Positions 19,924 through 29,728 of a DNA stretch of 64,000 bases are shown one piece after another (position 1 is the stretch's first letter; each line of letters begins with the position of its first letter). Location: contig PXRE01000009.1 of assembly GCA_003021085.1 (NCBI GenBank), positions 16,334 to 80,333 of the forward strand, written 5' to 3'. This DNA is from Halobacteriales archaeon QS_1_68_20. GTDB lineage: Archaea; Halobacteriota; Halobacteria; Halobacteriales; PXRE01. The notes beneath the pieces were generated by a model. The model saw only the letters and a program-made list of their open reading frames with translations, was not told the origin of the DNA and searched no databases. Both the position numbers and the translations under genes were made by a program.

Positions 19924-21177
19924 TTAGCGGTCGTACAGCCGGAACGACGAACTCCGTTCGATCACGTCGGTCGGATTCGGCAATTCACTCGGCGGCCGTT
20001 CGACCACGTCCATGACCTCGCCGGCCCGGAAGACCCGGTTCTGTTCGTTGCCCGTGATCTCGGTCACGACGCCGTCCGCGACCAGGCGCTCGACCGCCCG
20101 GTTCGCCGTCTGGTAGGACCTCCCGATCAACTCCGCGGCCTCCGACACCGTGAAGTACGGTTCGGCGAACATCTCGGTCGCCAGCAACCGGACCGAATCG
20201 GCCTCGTCGACGTACCGCCGTTCGTACTCGCGGCGCTTCTGTACGAGGAGTTTCGCGCGCACGAACGACTCTTCCGACTGTCGGCGAAGCCCCTCCAGGA
20301 AGAACTGGAGCCACTCTTTCCAGGCACCCTGCTCGCTGACTGCCAGCAAGAGATCCGTGTACTCGTCACGGTGTCGTTTGAAGTACGAACTCGGGTACAG
20401 AACGGGGTTTACCAGGAGGTCTGTACAGAGTAGCATCAAGACGACGAACAGGCGGCCCACTCTGCCGTTGCCGTCCTTGAACGGGTGAATCGTCTCGAAC
20501 TGGTAGTGGGCGAGCGCCACGTCGATCAGGTCCGGCCACCCGCGACCGGTCCGGACGTACTCCAGCAACGACTCCATCTTCCCCTCGACGGCGCTGGGTG
20601 GCGGCGGGACGAACCTGACCTGCGTACGGCCGTACTCGTCGGTCTCCTCGATGTGGACGAGATCGGGGCGGAACTCGCCGGGGAGCGGGTCCTCCTCGTC
20701 GGTCCGACCGCGGTCCATCAGCGTCTCGTGGAGGTCCTGGACCAGCCCAATTGTGAGGCTCTCCCGTGACCGCCCTGCGGTGTCGAGGTAATCGAGCGCC
20801 GCTTCCAGCGCCCGGACGTAGTTTTTCGCCTCGCGGACGTCGCGCTCGTGTTCGCTCTCTGGGGGTTCGTCCAACTCGTCGACTTCCAGTCGATAGATGT
20901 CCGAGACGGTCACCGCAGTCCCCTCGATCTGGGAAGACTGTTCGGCTTCTTTGTAGACGAACGAACTGAACACCGCGCTCGGGTTCTCGACCTCACTCAC
21001 CAGGCCGTCGAGTCGTCCGAGCGCGTGCATCGCCCGGGCGAGTACGACGGTCACGTCTTCGCCCAGGTCGATGGTCGGTGGGAGGTTATCGGGAAAGTAC
21101 GCTCGTGAGAGATGCTTGTCTTCCCGAAGTGGCATGTAATGGCCCGGGGCATCGGGCAGGCGATACTCCTCTCCCAT
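19924..21177 (-). CDS. Fic-family protein (class II-like)
   Basis: HPFKDGNGRVGR catalytic motif; SSQIEG inhibitory motif; C-terminal HTH. Confidence 0.92.
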   Translation of the reverse strand: MGEEYRLPDAPGHYMPLREDKHLSRAYFPDNLPPTIDLGEDVTVVLARAMHALGRLDGLVSEVENPSAVFSSFVYKEAEQSSQIEGTAVTVSDIYRLEVDELDEPPESEHERDVREAKNYVRALEAALDYLDTAGRSRESLTIGLVQDLHETLMDRGRTDEEDPLPGEFRPDLVHIEETDEYGRTQVRFVPPPPSAVEGKMESLLEYVRTGRGWPDLIDVALAHYQFETIHPFKDGNGRVGRLFVVLMLLCTDLLVNPVLYPSSYFKRHRDEYTDLLLAVSEQGAWKEWLQFFLEGLRRQSEESFVRAKLLVQKRREYERRYVDEADSVRLLATEMFAEPYFTVSEAAELIGRSYQTANRAVERLVADGVVTEITGNEQNRVFRAGEVMDVVERPPSELPNPTDVIERSSSFRLYDR

Positions 21178-21470
21178 TACCCCGAAAATCGGAACGGTCT
21201 GAGTAAAGAGTTCTGCATTCTGCTTGAATTGCGGGGGGTAAAGCAGGGGGTGTATTTCACGGGGGTAATAAACAGGGTTGAATCAGAAGGCTACATCGGA
21301 CGGATTTCGGGAGGTGTGTTTCTCCTATGTGAACCTCGACGATTTCCCATGCGATATGAGACTGTCATTATAGTGGGGCCGTTCGAAGACATCATCGGGT
21401 CGGAGACGCTATCGAGGGGTAGTGTCCCACTGCACGAATCGCTTTTCGCCCCCGCGTACGAATGCTATCG

Positions 21471-21701
21471 TCAAGACACATCATCTATAGAGGTTTCGCC
21501 TCCGTCGAACGACTCGTTCAACTCACGATCCGTCCGCTCGACGTGTTCGACGATCCCATCGTCGGCGAAGCCACCTGGTTCTTTCAGGTCGCGCTCCCGG
21601 CGGGCGAGCCTGTTCAAAAACTCGTCCCAACTCTCGTCGTCTCCTTTTAGAGCGGACAGTGTGGCTTTCATATCCTCGGAGACGCGGATTGTGGGACTCA
21701 T
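21471..21701 (-). CDS. VapB-like antitoxin
   Basis: TIRVSEDMKATLSALKGDDESWDEFLNRL. Confidence 0.7.
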   Translation of the reverse strand: MSPTIRVSEDMKATLSALKGDDESWDEFLNRLARRERDLKEPGGFADDGIVEHVERTDRELNESFDGGETSIDDVS

Positions 21702-21775
21702 GGGCAGACGTTGGACAACGTATGGAGTAATCGTTTCGGTGATCCCGGTGACGATGCGCCCGCCCTTCCATTATC

Positions 21776-22270
21776 ATGGAGTCCCCAACGACGGATATGG
21801 CCGGGCCGATCACGCAGACCGCGTCACTGCGGGGTGCCGAGGAACTCCTCGTAGAGCGCGACCTGCTCTCGAACCTGCAGGCCGCTATCGAGGACCTGGC
21901 GCCCGGCTTCGCTGCCGACGACGCTGGAGAGCCGGCCCTGAAGGCCGTCCTGCGGGAGTACGGCTGGGACGAGACGGTCGTCCCGGTCGCCGCCGAGAAC
22001 CAGCCGCGGTTCGACGGGGTCCAGGACCGCGTCGCGCTCGAACACGAGGCCCGCGAGCAGATGAACGCCCGGTCGCACCTGCTCTTCCTCGAAGCGGCCT
22101 ACCGGGAGCGGGCGATCGACGCCAGCGTGATGGTCGTCCCGACGCGTCAGCACACCGGCGGGGCAACCTTCGGCCGGGTCCTGAACGAGACCACCGGCGA
22201 CGGACGACTGTTCACCTACCACTTCCCGCTGTTCACGCCGCTGTACCTCGTGGAGTACGAACCACCGTAG
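21776..22270 (+). CDS. BglII/BstYI-like PD-(D/E)xK nuclease
   Basis: LREYGW...RFDGVQDRVALEHE...IDASVMVVP pattern. Confidence 0.55.
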   Translation: MESPTTDMAGPITQTASLRGAEELLVERDLLSNLQAAIEDLAPGFAADDAGEPALKAVLREYGWDETVVPVAAENQPRFDGVQDRVALEHEAREQMNARSHLLFLEAAYRERAIDASVMVVPTRQHTGGATFGRVLNETTGDGRLFTYHFPLFTPLYLVEYEPP

Positions 22271-22317
22271 CGACGCTACTGCGTCGGTCTTCCAGCGGTT
22301 CGATTCCAGAACGTCGC

Positions 22318-23958
22318 TCACTCAACGAACGCCGCTTCGAACGCCCGCACGTCCTCGTCGGTCCCAGCCACGACCACCTCGTCGCCGTGCTCGAACACGA
22401 ACGACTCGGCGTCCAGCGCCGTGATCGTCTGCTCCCCCCGCTCGACCGCCAAAACGGTACACCCCGTTCGCTCGCGGACGTCGGCCCCGGCCAGGGTCTG
22501 CCCGGCCAGCCCCGCGGCGGCCAGCTTGACCACCTCGATCCGGGTGTCGAACGCCAGCACCTCCTCGTCCTCGAACACCGTCGTCGCCAGCATCCGCCCG
22601 CTGGTCGTCGCCAGCGACTGGACGTAGTCCGCGCCCGCGCGATACAGCTTGGGGACGCTGCCCTCCTCGTTGGCCCGCGCCAGGATGGTGAGGTCGGGGT
22701 CGAGATCCCGCGCGACCAGCGTCGTGAAGACGGCCGTCGTGTCGTCGCCGACCGTCACGATCACCGTGGCCGCGTCCGCGATGCCCGCTTCCCGGAGCGC
22801 CGCCGGGTCGCAGGCGTCGCCGACCACGTCGACGCCCTGCTTGTCCTCGACGTCCAGCACGGTCACCTCGGTGCTGGTGTCGTCGAACATCGACGCCGTC
22901 ACGGTGCCGGCGTCGCCGTACCCGGCGATGACCACTCGCCGGGGCGCGAACGGTTCGACGGGTGCCGTCGCGGCGTCCCGGAACGCGTCGATCCGGGCGG
23001 GTTCGCCCGCGACGAGCAGGCGGGTATCCTCGCCGAGTTCCCGCTCGGGGTCGACCGCCGTCTCGAAGGTGCCGTTCGTCCAGGCGCCGATCACGTCGAC
23101 CCCGAACCGCTCGCGGAGGCCGGCCGCTGCGACGGACTGCCCCCAGAGGTCGCTCCCGCGCTCGACGGTCAGTTCCACGAGTTCGATGTCGTCGCCGACG
23201 TCGACGCCCTCCCGGCCGACGGCCGCCACCGCGGTCGGGACCTGCCTGGCGAGGCTCTCGCCGAGCAACCGCCGCGGCGACAGCACGTCGTCCGCCCCGG
23301 CGATCCGGTGGTACGTCTCAAGCTCGGCGTCCTCCACGAGCGTCACGATCTGCACGTCCGGGTTCACCTCCCGGGCCGACAGGACGACGCTCGCGGTCAC
23401 GTCGTCGGGGGCGTCCGCGACGACCGCTCGCGCCGTCCCCACGCTCGCCCGTTCGAGGACGTCCGTTGACTCGGGGTCGCCGTGGACGACCCGGTAGTCG
23501 GCCTCGTGGAGTTCGGTGGCGGTCTCGGCGTCCGCGACGACCACGACGTACTCGCGGTCGCGCGATCGCAACTCGGAGACGAACGCCTCGCCGCGGGCGG
23601 TGTGCCCGCAGATGACGACGTGGTCCGCCAGGTCGGGGGCCTCCGTCGGGACCGACGGCGACAGCGCCGACCGGAGCCACGGGACCGCGAACACGTCCGC
23701 GGCGGTGAGGATCAACCCGATCCCGGCCAGTTGCATGGTGATCATCAGCAGGTTCATCTGGGGCGTCGTCCACGGGGCGTCCTCGCCGTATCCGGTGGTC
23801 GTGAAGCTCTGGACGACGACCTCCAGCGAGCGGTACAGCGGCCGCTCGCGGCCCTCCCAGGCCGACATCCCGAAGTCGTACACGAGCGTGAACACGACCG
23901 TCGTCACGACGACCAGCGCGAAGTAGTAGACCGGCCGCCTGGACCGCCACCGCGCCAT
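22318..23958 (-). CDS. Potassium channel with TrkA-N/TrkA-C (RCK) domains
   Basis: FTTTGYGED pore; HVVICG and VVIAGYG Rossmann motifs. Confidence 0.9.
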   Translation of the reverse strand: MARWRSRRPVYYFALVVVTTVVFTLVYDFGMSAWEGRERPLYRSLEVVVQSFTTTGYGEDAPWTTPQMNLLMITMQLAGIGLILTAADVFAVPWLRSALSPSVPTEAPDLADHVVICGHTARGEAFVSELRSRDREYVVVVADAETATELHEADYRVVHGDPESTDVLERASVGTARAVVADAPDDVTASVVLSAREVNPDVQIVTLVEDAELETYHRIAGADDVLSPRRLLGESLARQVPTAVAAVGREGVDVGDDIELVELTVERGSDLWGQSVAAAGLRERFGVDVIGAWTNGTFETAVDPERELGEDTRLLVAGEPARIDAFRDAATAPVEPFAPRRVVIAGYGDAGTVTASMFDDTSTEVTVLDVEDKQGVDVVGDACDPAALREAGIADAATVIVTVGDDTTAVFTTLVARDLDPDLTILARANEEGSVPKLYRAGADYVQSLATTSGRMLATTVFEDEEVLAFDTRIEVVKLAAAGLAGQTLAGADVRERTGCTVLAVERGEQTITALDAESFVFEHGDEVVVAGTDEDVRAFEAAFVE

Positions 23959-24115
23959 GGGCGTACGTGCCCGTGGGCGCCCGTCAAGGTACTGGTTTGG
24001 GAGCACGCGTGACGGTCTTCGACGGCACGTCACCGGCCGCCGTCCTGTCACCCGTCGTAACGCACTTCCGGGTGCCGGCGATAGATGGACCAACGATGAC
24101 CGAGGAAAGCGGTCC

Positions 24116-24220
24116 GTCGGTTCCGGGTCGGTCGGGTCCGGACCGGTCACGTCCGGATCGGTCGGGTTTGGATCAGTCGGTTCCGGGTCAGCCGGGTCTG
24201 GATCAATCGGATCGGGGGTG
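24116..24220. repeat. 15-bp tandem repeat, ~7 degenerate copies
   Basis: Units such as GTCGGTTCCGGGTCG, GTCGGGTCCGGACCG, GTCACGTCCGGATCG, GTCGGGTTTGGATCA. Confidence 0.85.
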
Positions 24221-24226
24221 GTCGCC

Positions 24227-25558
24227 GTGCGCGTGATCGTGGTCGGCGCGGGCGAGGTCGGCCGGTCCATCGCGGAGAACCTCTCGGAGGGCCACGACGT
24301 CGTCGTGATCGAGCGCAACGAAGCCCTCGTAGACGACCTCACCTACGAGGCCGACGTCCTGGCGATCCACGGCGATGGGACCGATCTAGACGTGCTCCGG
24401 GAGGCCGGCGTCGAGGAGGCCGACATGCTGATCGCCTCGACCGACGGCGACGAGACGAACATCGTCGCCTGCGGGGTCGCCAAGACCGCGGGCGACGTGT
24501 TCACGGTCGCGCGAGTCAAGCGCCGGGACCTGCTGCACACCTGGCAGGGCGCCCAGCACGCCTTCAACGTCGACTTCATGGTCAGTTCTGACCTGCTGAC
24601 CGCCGAGGCGATCCTCCGCATCTCCGGACTCCCCGGGTCCATCGACGTAGACACATTCGCCGGCGGCCTCGTCCGGATGGCGGAGTTCGAACTCGGCGAG
24701 GACAGCCCCGTGACCGGCCAGACCGTCCGGGAGGCCGACCGGTGGAACTCGCTGACGTTCGCCGCGGTCATCCGCGACGACGAGGTGGTCATCCCCCGCG
24801 GGGACACCGTGATGGACGCGGGCGACCGCGTGGTCGTCATCGGCAGTCCCGAATCGATCCAAGAATTCGCCGGTGCGGTCACCGCCAGCGTGGACGATGC
24901 CGACGACGTCGTGATCGTCGGCGGAACGGAGGTCGGCTACCAGACCGCGCGACTGTTCACGGAACACGGCTTCCGCCCGCGGTTGATCGACCGGGACCGC
25001 GAGCGGGCCCGCGAACTGGCCGAGGCCCTCCCGAAGGCGACGGTCCTCCACGGCGACGCGACCGACCTCACCCTCCTGAAAGACGAGCGCGTGGGCGACG
25101 CGGACGTCGTCGTGACGACGCTGGAGAGTGACGAGGAGAACCTCCTCGTGGCCCTGCTGGCCGAACGGATCGGCGTCGGCCGAACCGTCTCCGTCGTCCA
25201 GCGGGTCGCGTACGCCGACCTCTTCGAGACGGTCGGCGTCGACGTCGCGGTCAACCCACGCGAGGAGACCGCCGAGGAGATCGTCCGGTTCACGCGCACC
25301 GGCCAGACCGAGAAGATCGCTATGCTGGAACACGACCTGGCGGAGGTGCTGGAGATCGAGATCTTGCCGGAAAGCGTGCTCGCGGACCGCCGCATCGCCG
25401 ACGCGATGGCCGACCTCCCCGACGGCGTCGTGATCGGGTCCGTGACCCGCGCCGGAGAACTGATCACGCCACGCGGCGGAACGACGCTGGAACCCGGCGA
25501 TCACGTCGTCCTGTTCGTGGAGGCGTCCAGCCTCGACGAGGTCGTCGACGCGGTCTGA
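24227..25558 (+). CDS. trkA: Trk potassium uptake NAD-binding subunit
   Basis: GTG start, MRVIVVGAGEVG; two RCK_N/RCK_C pairs. Confidence 0.95.
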   Translation: MRVIVVGAGEVGRSIAENLSEGHDVVVIERNEALVDDLTYEADVLAIHGDGTDLDVLREAGVEEADMLIASTDGDETNIVACGVAKTAGDVFTVARVKRRDLLHTWQGAQHAFNVDFMVSSDLLTAEAILRISGLPGSIDVDTFAGGLVRMAEFELGEDSPVTGQTVREADRWNSLTFAAVIRDDEVVIPRGDTVMDAGDRVVVIGSPESIQEFAGAVTASVDDADDVVIVGGTEVGYQTARLFTEHGFRPRLIDRDRERARELAEALPKATVLHGDATDLTLLKDERVGDADVVVTTLESDEENLLVALLAERIGVGRTVSVVQRVAYADLFETVGVDVAVNPREETAEEIVRFTRTGQTEKIAMLEHDLAEVLEIEILPESVLADRRIADAMADLPDGVVIGSVTRAGELITPRGGTTLEPGDHVVLFVEASSLDEVVDAV

Positions 25559-25717
25559 TCGGCCGTTTCCGCCGGTTTCGGCGGTTCTGAAACCGGTAGA
25601 CGGAAGCCAACATCTTTAATCGCTGCTGTCGAATCAGTGGCGAATATATGAATACGTGTACGTCTGGAGGCGTGACGGCCGTAGCGGGAACGGACCGGGG
25701 TGGGGTAAGAGCGACCC

Positions 25718-27940
25718 ATGGCTGACCAGGAACTCGCCAGGGATCTCGGGTTCCTGGAAGCGTACACCCTCGGTCTGGGGACGATGATCGGGGCGGGCAT
25801 CTTCATTCTGCCTGGCATCGCCGCCGAGATCGCGGGCCCGGCCAGCAGCATCTCCTTCGCCATCGGCGGCACCGTCGCGTTGCTCGCGGCGTTCTCGCTG
25901 TCGGAACTGGCGACCGGGATGCCCAAGGCCGGTGGCAGTTACTACTACGTGAACCACGCGCTGGGGAGTTTCTTCGGGAGCATCGTCGGCTGGGGGATGT
26001 GGGGCGGCCTGATGTTCGCGACCGCCTTCTACATGCTCGGATTCGGGCGGTACCTGACGGGCCTGCACCCCGACGCTCCCATCGTCGCCGCCGCCGTCGC
26101 CGCGGCCGTGTTGCTGGTCCTGATCAACTACCGCGGCGTCAAGGAGACCGGGTCGCTCCAGAACGTCATCGTCCTGACGCTGGTCGGCCTGATCCTCGTG
26201 TTCATCGCGTTCGGTATAGGTGCCATCGATACGGAGCTGTTGACTCCGTTCTTCCCGGAGGGCGGGTGGATCACAGTCGCCGGGACCGCCGGGACCGTGT
26301 TCGTCACGTTCATCGGGTTCGAGGTGATCGCCACCAGCGCCGAGGAGATCAAGGACCCGGGACGGAACCTGCCGCTGTCGATGATCGCTGCGGTCGTGAC
26401 GCCGACCCTCTTCTACGTCCTCGTGATGCTCGTCAGCACGGGCGTGCTCCCGGCCGAGGCGCTGGCGCCCGACCAGACGCTGGTCCCCATCTCGCTGGTG
26501 GCCGAGCAGTACCTCGGCGAGATCGGTGCGACCGCCATGGTCGTCGGGGCCATCCTGGCGACGGTCTCCTCGGCGAACGCGTCGATCCTGTCGGCGGCCC
26601 GGGTCAACTTCGCCATGGGCCGGGACAAGATCCTGACCGAGTGGCTCAACGACATCCACGGCCGGTTCCAGACGCCATACCGCGCGATCCTGGTGACCGG
26701 CGTCGTGATCGTCCTGCTGATCGTCAGTGGCCTGCCAATCTCGACGCTGGCGGACGTGGCGAGTTTCATGTACCTCCTCACGTACACACTCGTCCACGTC
26801 GCCGTGATCGTCATGCGCCGGGCCGACCCCACGGAGTACGAACCCGACTTCCGCATCCCGTCGATCCTGTACCCGGTGGTCCCGATCGTCGGCGGTCTCG
26901 CCTGCATCGGCGTCATGTACCAGATGCGCCCGGTCGTCCAGCTCATCGGCGGTGGGATCATCCTCGTCGGAGTCGTCTGGTACGCCTTCTACGCGAAAGA
27001 GCGCGCCATCTCGACGAGCCTCGTCGGCGAGGCCATCGCCCCCGACGAGGCGGCCGACGGCGGCGACGTCTACCGCGTCGTCGTTCCGGTCGCCAACCCC
27101 GACACCGAGCGGACGCTACTGCGGTACGCGGCCGCCAGCGCCGCCGACCGCCCCGAAGAGACCGAACTGATCGCCGTCAACGTGGTCGAGGTTCCGCCGC
27201 AGACCTCGCCCGCCCAGGTCGAGGAGGACCGCGTAGCGCGCCAGAGCGAACTGCTCGCCCGGGCCCGCGAGGTGGCCGCGGACCTGGACGTCGGCCTGCG
27301 GACGCGCGCGGTCGTCGGCCACGACGCCGGCGACAACCTCCTGTCGGTCATCGAGGACGAGGACGCCGACCACGTCCTGCTCGGGTGGGCCGGCCCGCGC
27401 AAGCGGAGCGACGTCCTGTTCGGGTCGACCATCGACCCCGTGTTGGAGCGTGCGCCCTGCGACGTGACCCTCGTCAAGGATCCCGACGAGGACCTGGGCT
27501 CCATCGTCACGCTGGCCGGCAAGGGGCCGAACGCCCCCGTCTCTGCCCGCCGGGCGGCCGAACTCGCCCGGGCGTTCGACGCCTCCTTGACGCTGTTGAA
27601 CGTCCAGCCGACGGCCGAGGACGTCGACGTGGACCCCGAGACGGTCGGCCGCGAGACGGTCGAGGACATCGTCGAGGCCGCCGACCTCGACGACGAGGAG
27701 TACGAACCGCGAGTGCTCGTCAGCGACGACGTCCAGGAGACGCTGATCGGCACCACGACCGAGTACGACACCGTCTGCGTCGGCGCGACCGGCCGGAGCA
27801 CCGTCGCGCAGGCGCTGTACGGGTCGATCCCGCGCCGCATCGTGGAGTCCGCCGACGGGACCGTCGTGATGGCCCGCGGCGAAGTCCGGACGCCGCGGAC
27901 GCTCCGTGAAGCCATCGTCCAGCGCCTGAGTCGCAGGTGA
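25718..27940 (+). CDS. APC-family amino acid permease with two USP domains
   Basis: GTMIGAGIF, FIGFE; C-terminal VVVPVANP and FGSTIDPVLERAPCDV. Confidence 0.92.
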   Translation: MADQELARDLGFLEAYTLGLGTMIGAGIFILPGIAAEIAGPASSISFAIGGTVALLAAFSLSELATGMPKAGGSYYYVNHALGSFFGSIVGWGMWGGLMFATAFYMLGFGRYLTGLHPDAPIVAAAVAAAVLLVLINYRGVKETGSLQNVIVLTLVGLILVFIAFGIGAIDTELLTPFFPEGGWITVAGTAGTVFVTFIGFEVIATSAEEIKDPGRNLPLSMIAAVVTPTLFYVLVMLVSTGVLPAEALAPDQTLVPISLVAEQYLGEIGATAMVVGAILATVSSANASILSAARVNFAMGRDKILTEWLNDIHGRFQTPYRAILVTGVVIVLLIVSGLPISTLADVASFMYLLTYTLVHVAVIVMRRADPTEYEPDFRIPSILYPVVPIVGGLACIGVMYQMRPVVQLIGGGIILVGVVWYAFYAKERAISTSLVGEAIAPDEAADGGDVYRVVVPVANPDTERTLLRYAAASAADRPEETELIAVNVVEVPPQTSPAQVEEDRVARQSELLARAREVAADLDVGLRTRAVVGHDAGDNLLSVIEDEDADHVLLGWAGPRKRSDVLFGSTIDPVLERAPCDVTLVKDPDEDLGSIVTLAGKGPNAPVSARRAAELARAFDASLTLLNVQPTAEDVDVDPETVGRETVEDIVEAADLDDEEYEPRVLVSDDVQETLIGTTTEYDTVCVGATGRSTVAQALYGSIPRRIVESADGTVVMARGEVRTPRTLREAIVQRLSRR

Positions 27941-28028
27941 TCGGGCCGACCGGGGCGGGTCCTCGGTTCGGCACCGTCGTCGGTGCCCCGTCCAAACGGT
28001 TTAATAGCTTACTTCCTACACGTCGACC

Positions 28029-28457
28029 ATGACGCCGGTCGTGGCCGACACCGTGGTCGTCCCGCTCGCCAGCGAGTCCGACGCCCGCGAGACGTGCGCC
28101 GTGCTCCGGGAGGAACTGGACCCGGGAACGAGGGTCGTGGTCGTCCACGTAATCGAGAAGGGCGGCGGCGGACTGGACAAGGCCTCCGTCGCCCAGCGCG
28201 AGGAGACCGCGGAGGACGTCTTCGCGGTCGCGCGCGGCGAACTGGAGGGATTCGACGTCGAGACGCGCATCCTCTACGACACCGACGTCGCCGAGACGAT
28301 CACCAGCGGTGCAGACGACGTCGGCGCGGACCTGATCGTCTTCTCGCCCCGGCAGGCCTCGCGGCTCTCCCGGTTGCTGTCCGGTGACGTCGCGCTGGAC
28401 CTGATCACCGGGACCGACCGGCCGGTGCTCGTGTTGCCGAGCGGGGAGGGGAGTTGA
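28029..28457 (+). CDS. Universal stress protein
   Basis: VVVPLAS...LLSGDVALDLI...RPVLVLP. Confidence 0.88.
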   Translation: MTPVVADTVVVPLASESDARETCAVLREELDPGTRVVVVHVIEKGGGGLDKASVAQREETAEDVFAVARGELEGFDVETRILYDTDVAETITSGADDVGADLIVFSPRQASRLSRLLSGDVALDLITGTDRPVLVLPSGEGS

Positions 28458-28464
28458 CCGACCG

Positions 28465-29052
28465 ATGGTCGAGATTCGCCCCGTCGACAAATCGGAACTC
28501 CTGGCCATCCGCCGACTCCACGAGGAGTCAGTCGGCGACCTGTCGTCGGCGGTTGCCCTGGAGTGGTACCGCGAGAATCCCGACCTGTTCGTGGGCGCGT
28601 TCGACGGTCCGGAACTCGTGGGGTACTGCCTGGGACGCGGGAGGAGCGAGGACCTGGCCGAACTCCACGGCATCGGCGTCCAGGACCCGTACACCCGCCA
28701 GGGGATCGGTACGGACCTGCTGGCCCGTTTCGAGGAGGCCGCGGCGGCCGGGTTCGACGGCGTCACCATCAGATCGGTGGGCGGCTACGTCGACGAGTTC
28801 TACCTGGCCAACGGCTACGAACCCGCCAGCGTCCTCGTCCGACTGCCGGCAGAGGAGGTCCCCGAGGAGTACCCCAGAGAGTTCGACGTGGTCGAGGAGC
28901 AGGTGGTCGACGGGACGGCGAAACTGTACGTCGACGCCGACGGCCACGACCCCGCGTTCCTCGAATCGGTGCGGGAGGCCTTCGGCGACCCCGACGCCGT
29001 CTACGTCATGGAGAAGCGCAACCTCGACGACGGGTCGGGCGCGATCCGGTAG
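28465..29052 (+). CDS. GNAT acetyltransferase
   Basis: IGVQDPYTRQGIGTDLL motif A; FYLANGY. Confidence 0.88.
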   Translation: MVEIRPVDKSELLAIRRLHEESVGDLSSAVALEWYRENPDLFVGAFDGPELVGYCLGRGRSEDLAELHGIGVQDPYTRQGIGTDLLARFEEAAAAGFDGVTIRSVGGYVDEFYLANGYEPASVLVRLPAEEVPEEYPREFDVVEEQVVDGTAKLYVDADGHDPAFLESVREAFGDPDAVYVMEKRNLDDGSGAIR

Positions 29053-29066
29053 TCGGACCTCGATCT

Positions 29067-29293
29067 TCGGGTTCGTAGTCCTCGTGGATCCGGTCCATCC
29101 GCGCGGCCACGATCGACCACCTTTTTCGTCGTCGGGTGTCCTCGGGCGCTCTTCGAGCGCCCTGCGGGCACCGCTCCTCGAAAAAGCTGGACCAAAACGA
29201 CCGCCCGCTCCCTCGCGTTCGCTCGGTCGCGTCCGCCGGACGATTACTCCTCGGGTTCGTAGTCCTCGTGGATCCGGTCCATCCGCGCGGCCA
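29067..29293. repeat. 43-bp exact direct repeat flanking a palindromic element
   Basis: TCGGGTTCGTAGTCCTCGTGGATCCGGTCCATCCGCGCGGCCA at 29067-29109 and 29251-29293. Confidence 0.9.
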
Positions 29294-29603
29294 TGACGAA
29301 GTCGGTCTTGTGCAGGCCGTCGATCTTGTGGGTCCACATCTCGACGCGGACCTCGCCCCACGAGAGGTGGAGGTCCGGGTGGTGCCACTCCTCCTCGGCG
29401 AGTTCGCCCACCTCGTAGGTGAACTCCAGGGCGTCCCGGAAGTCCTTGAACTCGTAGGTGCCATCCAGGTGGTGGTCGTCGACGACCTCCCAGACGTCGT
29501 CCCGGAGTTCGTCGAGGTACTGGTCGTACTCTCCGGCGGTGAGCGGTTCGTCCTCGCTCGTGCAGGCCTCACACTCCTGGTCGGCGAGCGCTGTTTCGGA
29601 CAT
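29244..29603 (-). CDS. Pterin-4-alpha-carbinolamine dehydratase
   Basis: [29 protein letters not shown]. Confidence 0.92.
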   Translation of the reverse strand: MSETALADQECEACTSEDEPLTAGEYDQYLDELRDDVWEVVDDHHLDGTYEFKDFRDALEFTYEVGELAEEEWHHPDLHLSWGEVRVEMWTHKIDGLHKTDFVMAARMDRIHEDYEPEE

Positions 29604-29728
29604 ACGTGGCGGTACGGGTGCGGCCGAAAAGAAGGTTCGTTCGACGGCGTCGTCCGATTGGTATCGGCCTGTTCTCCGGTCGTCCCGGGAGCGAACCGTT
29701 CAAGGCCGCCCTTCCCGAACCCGGGCGT

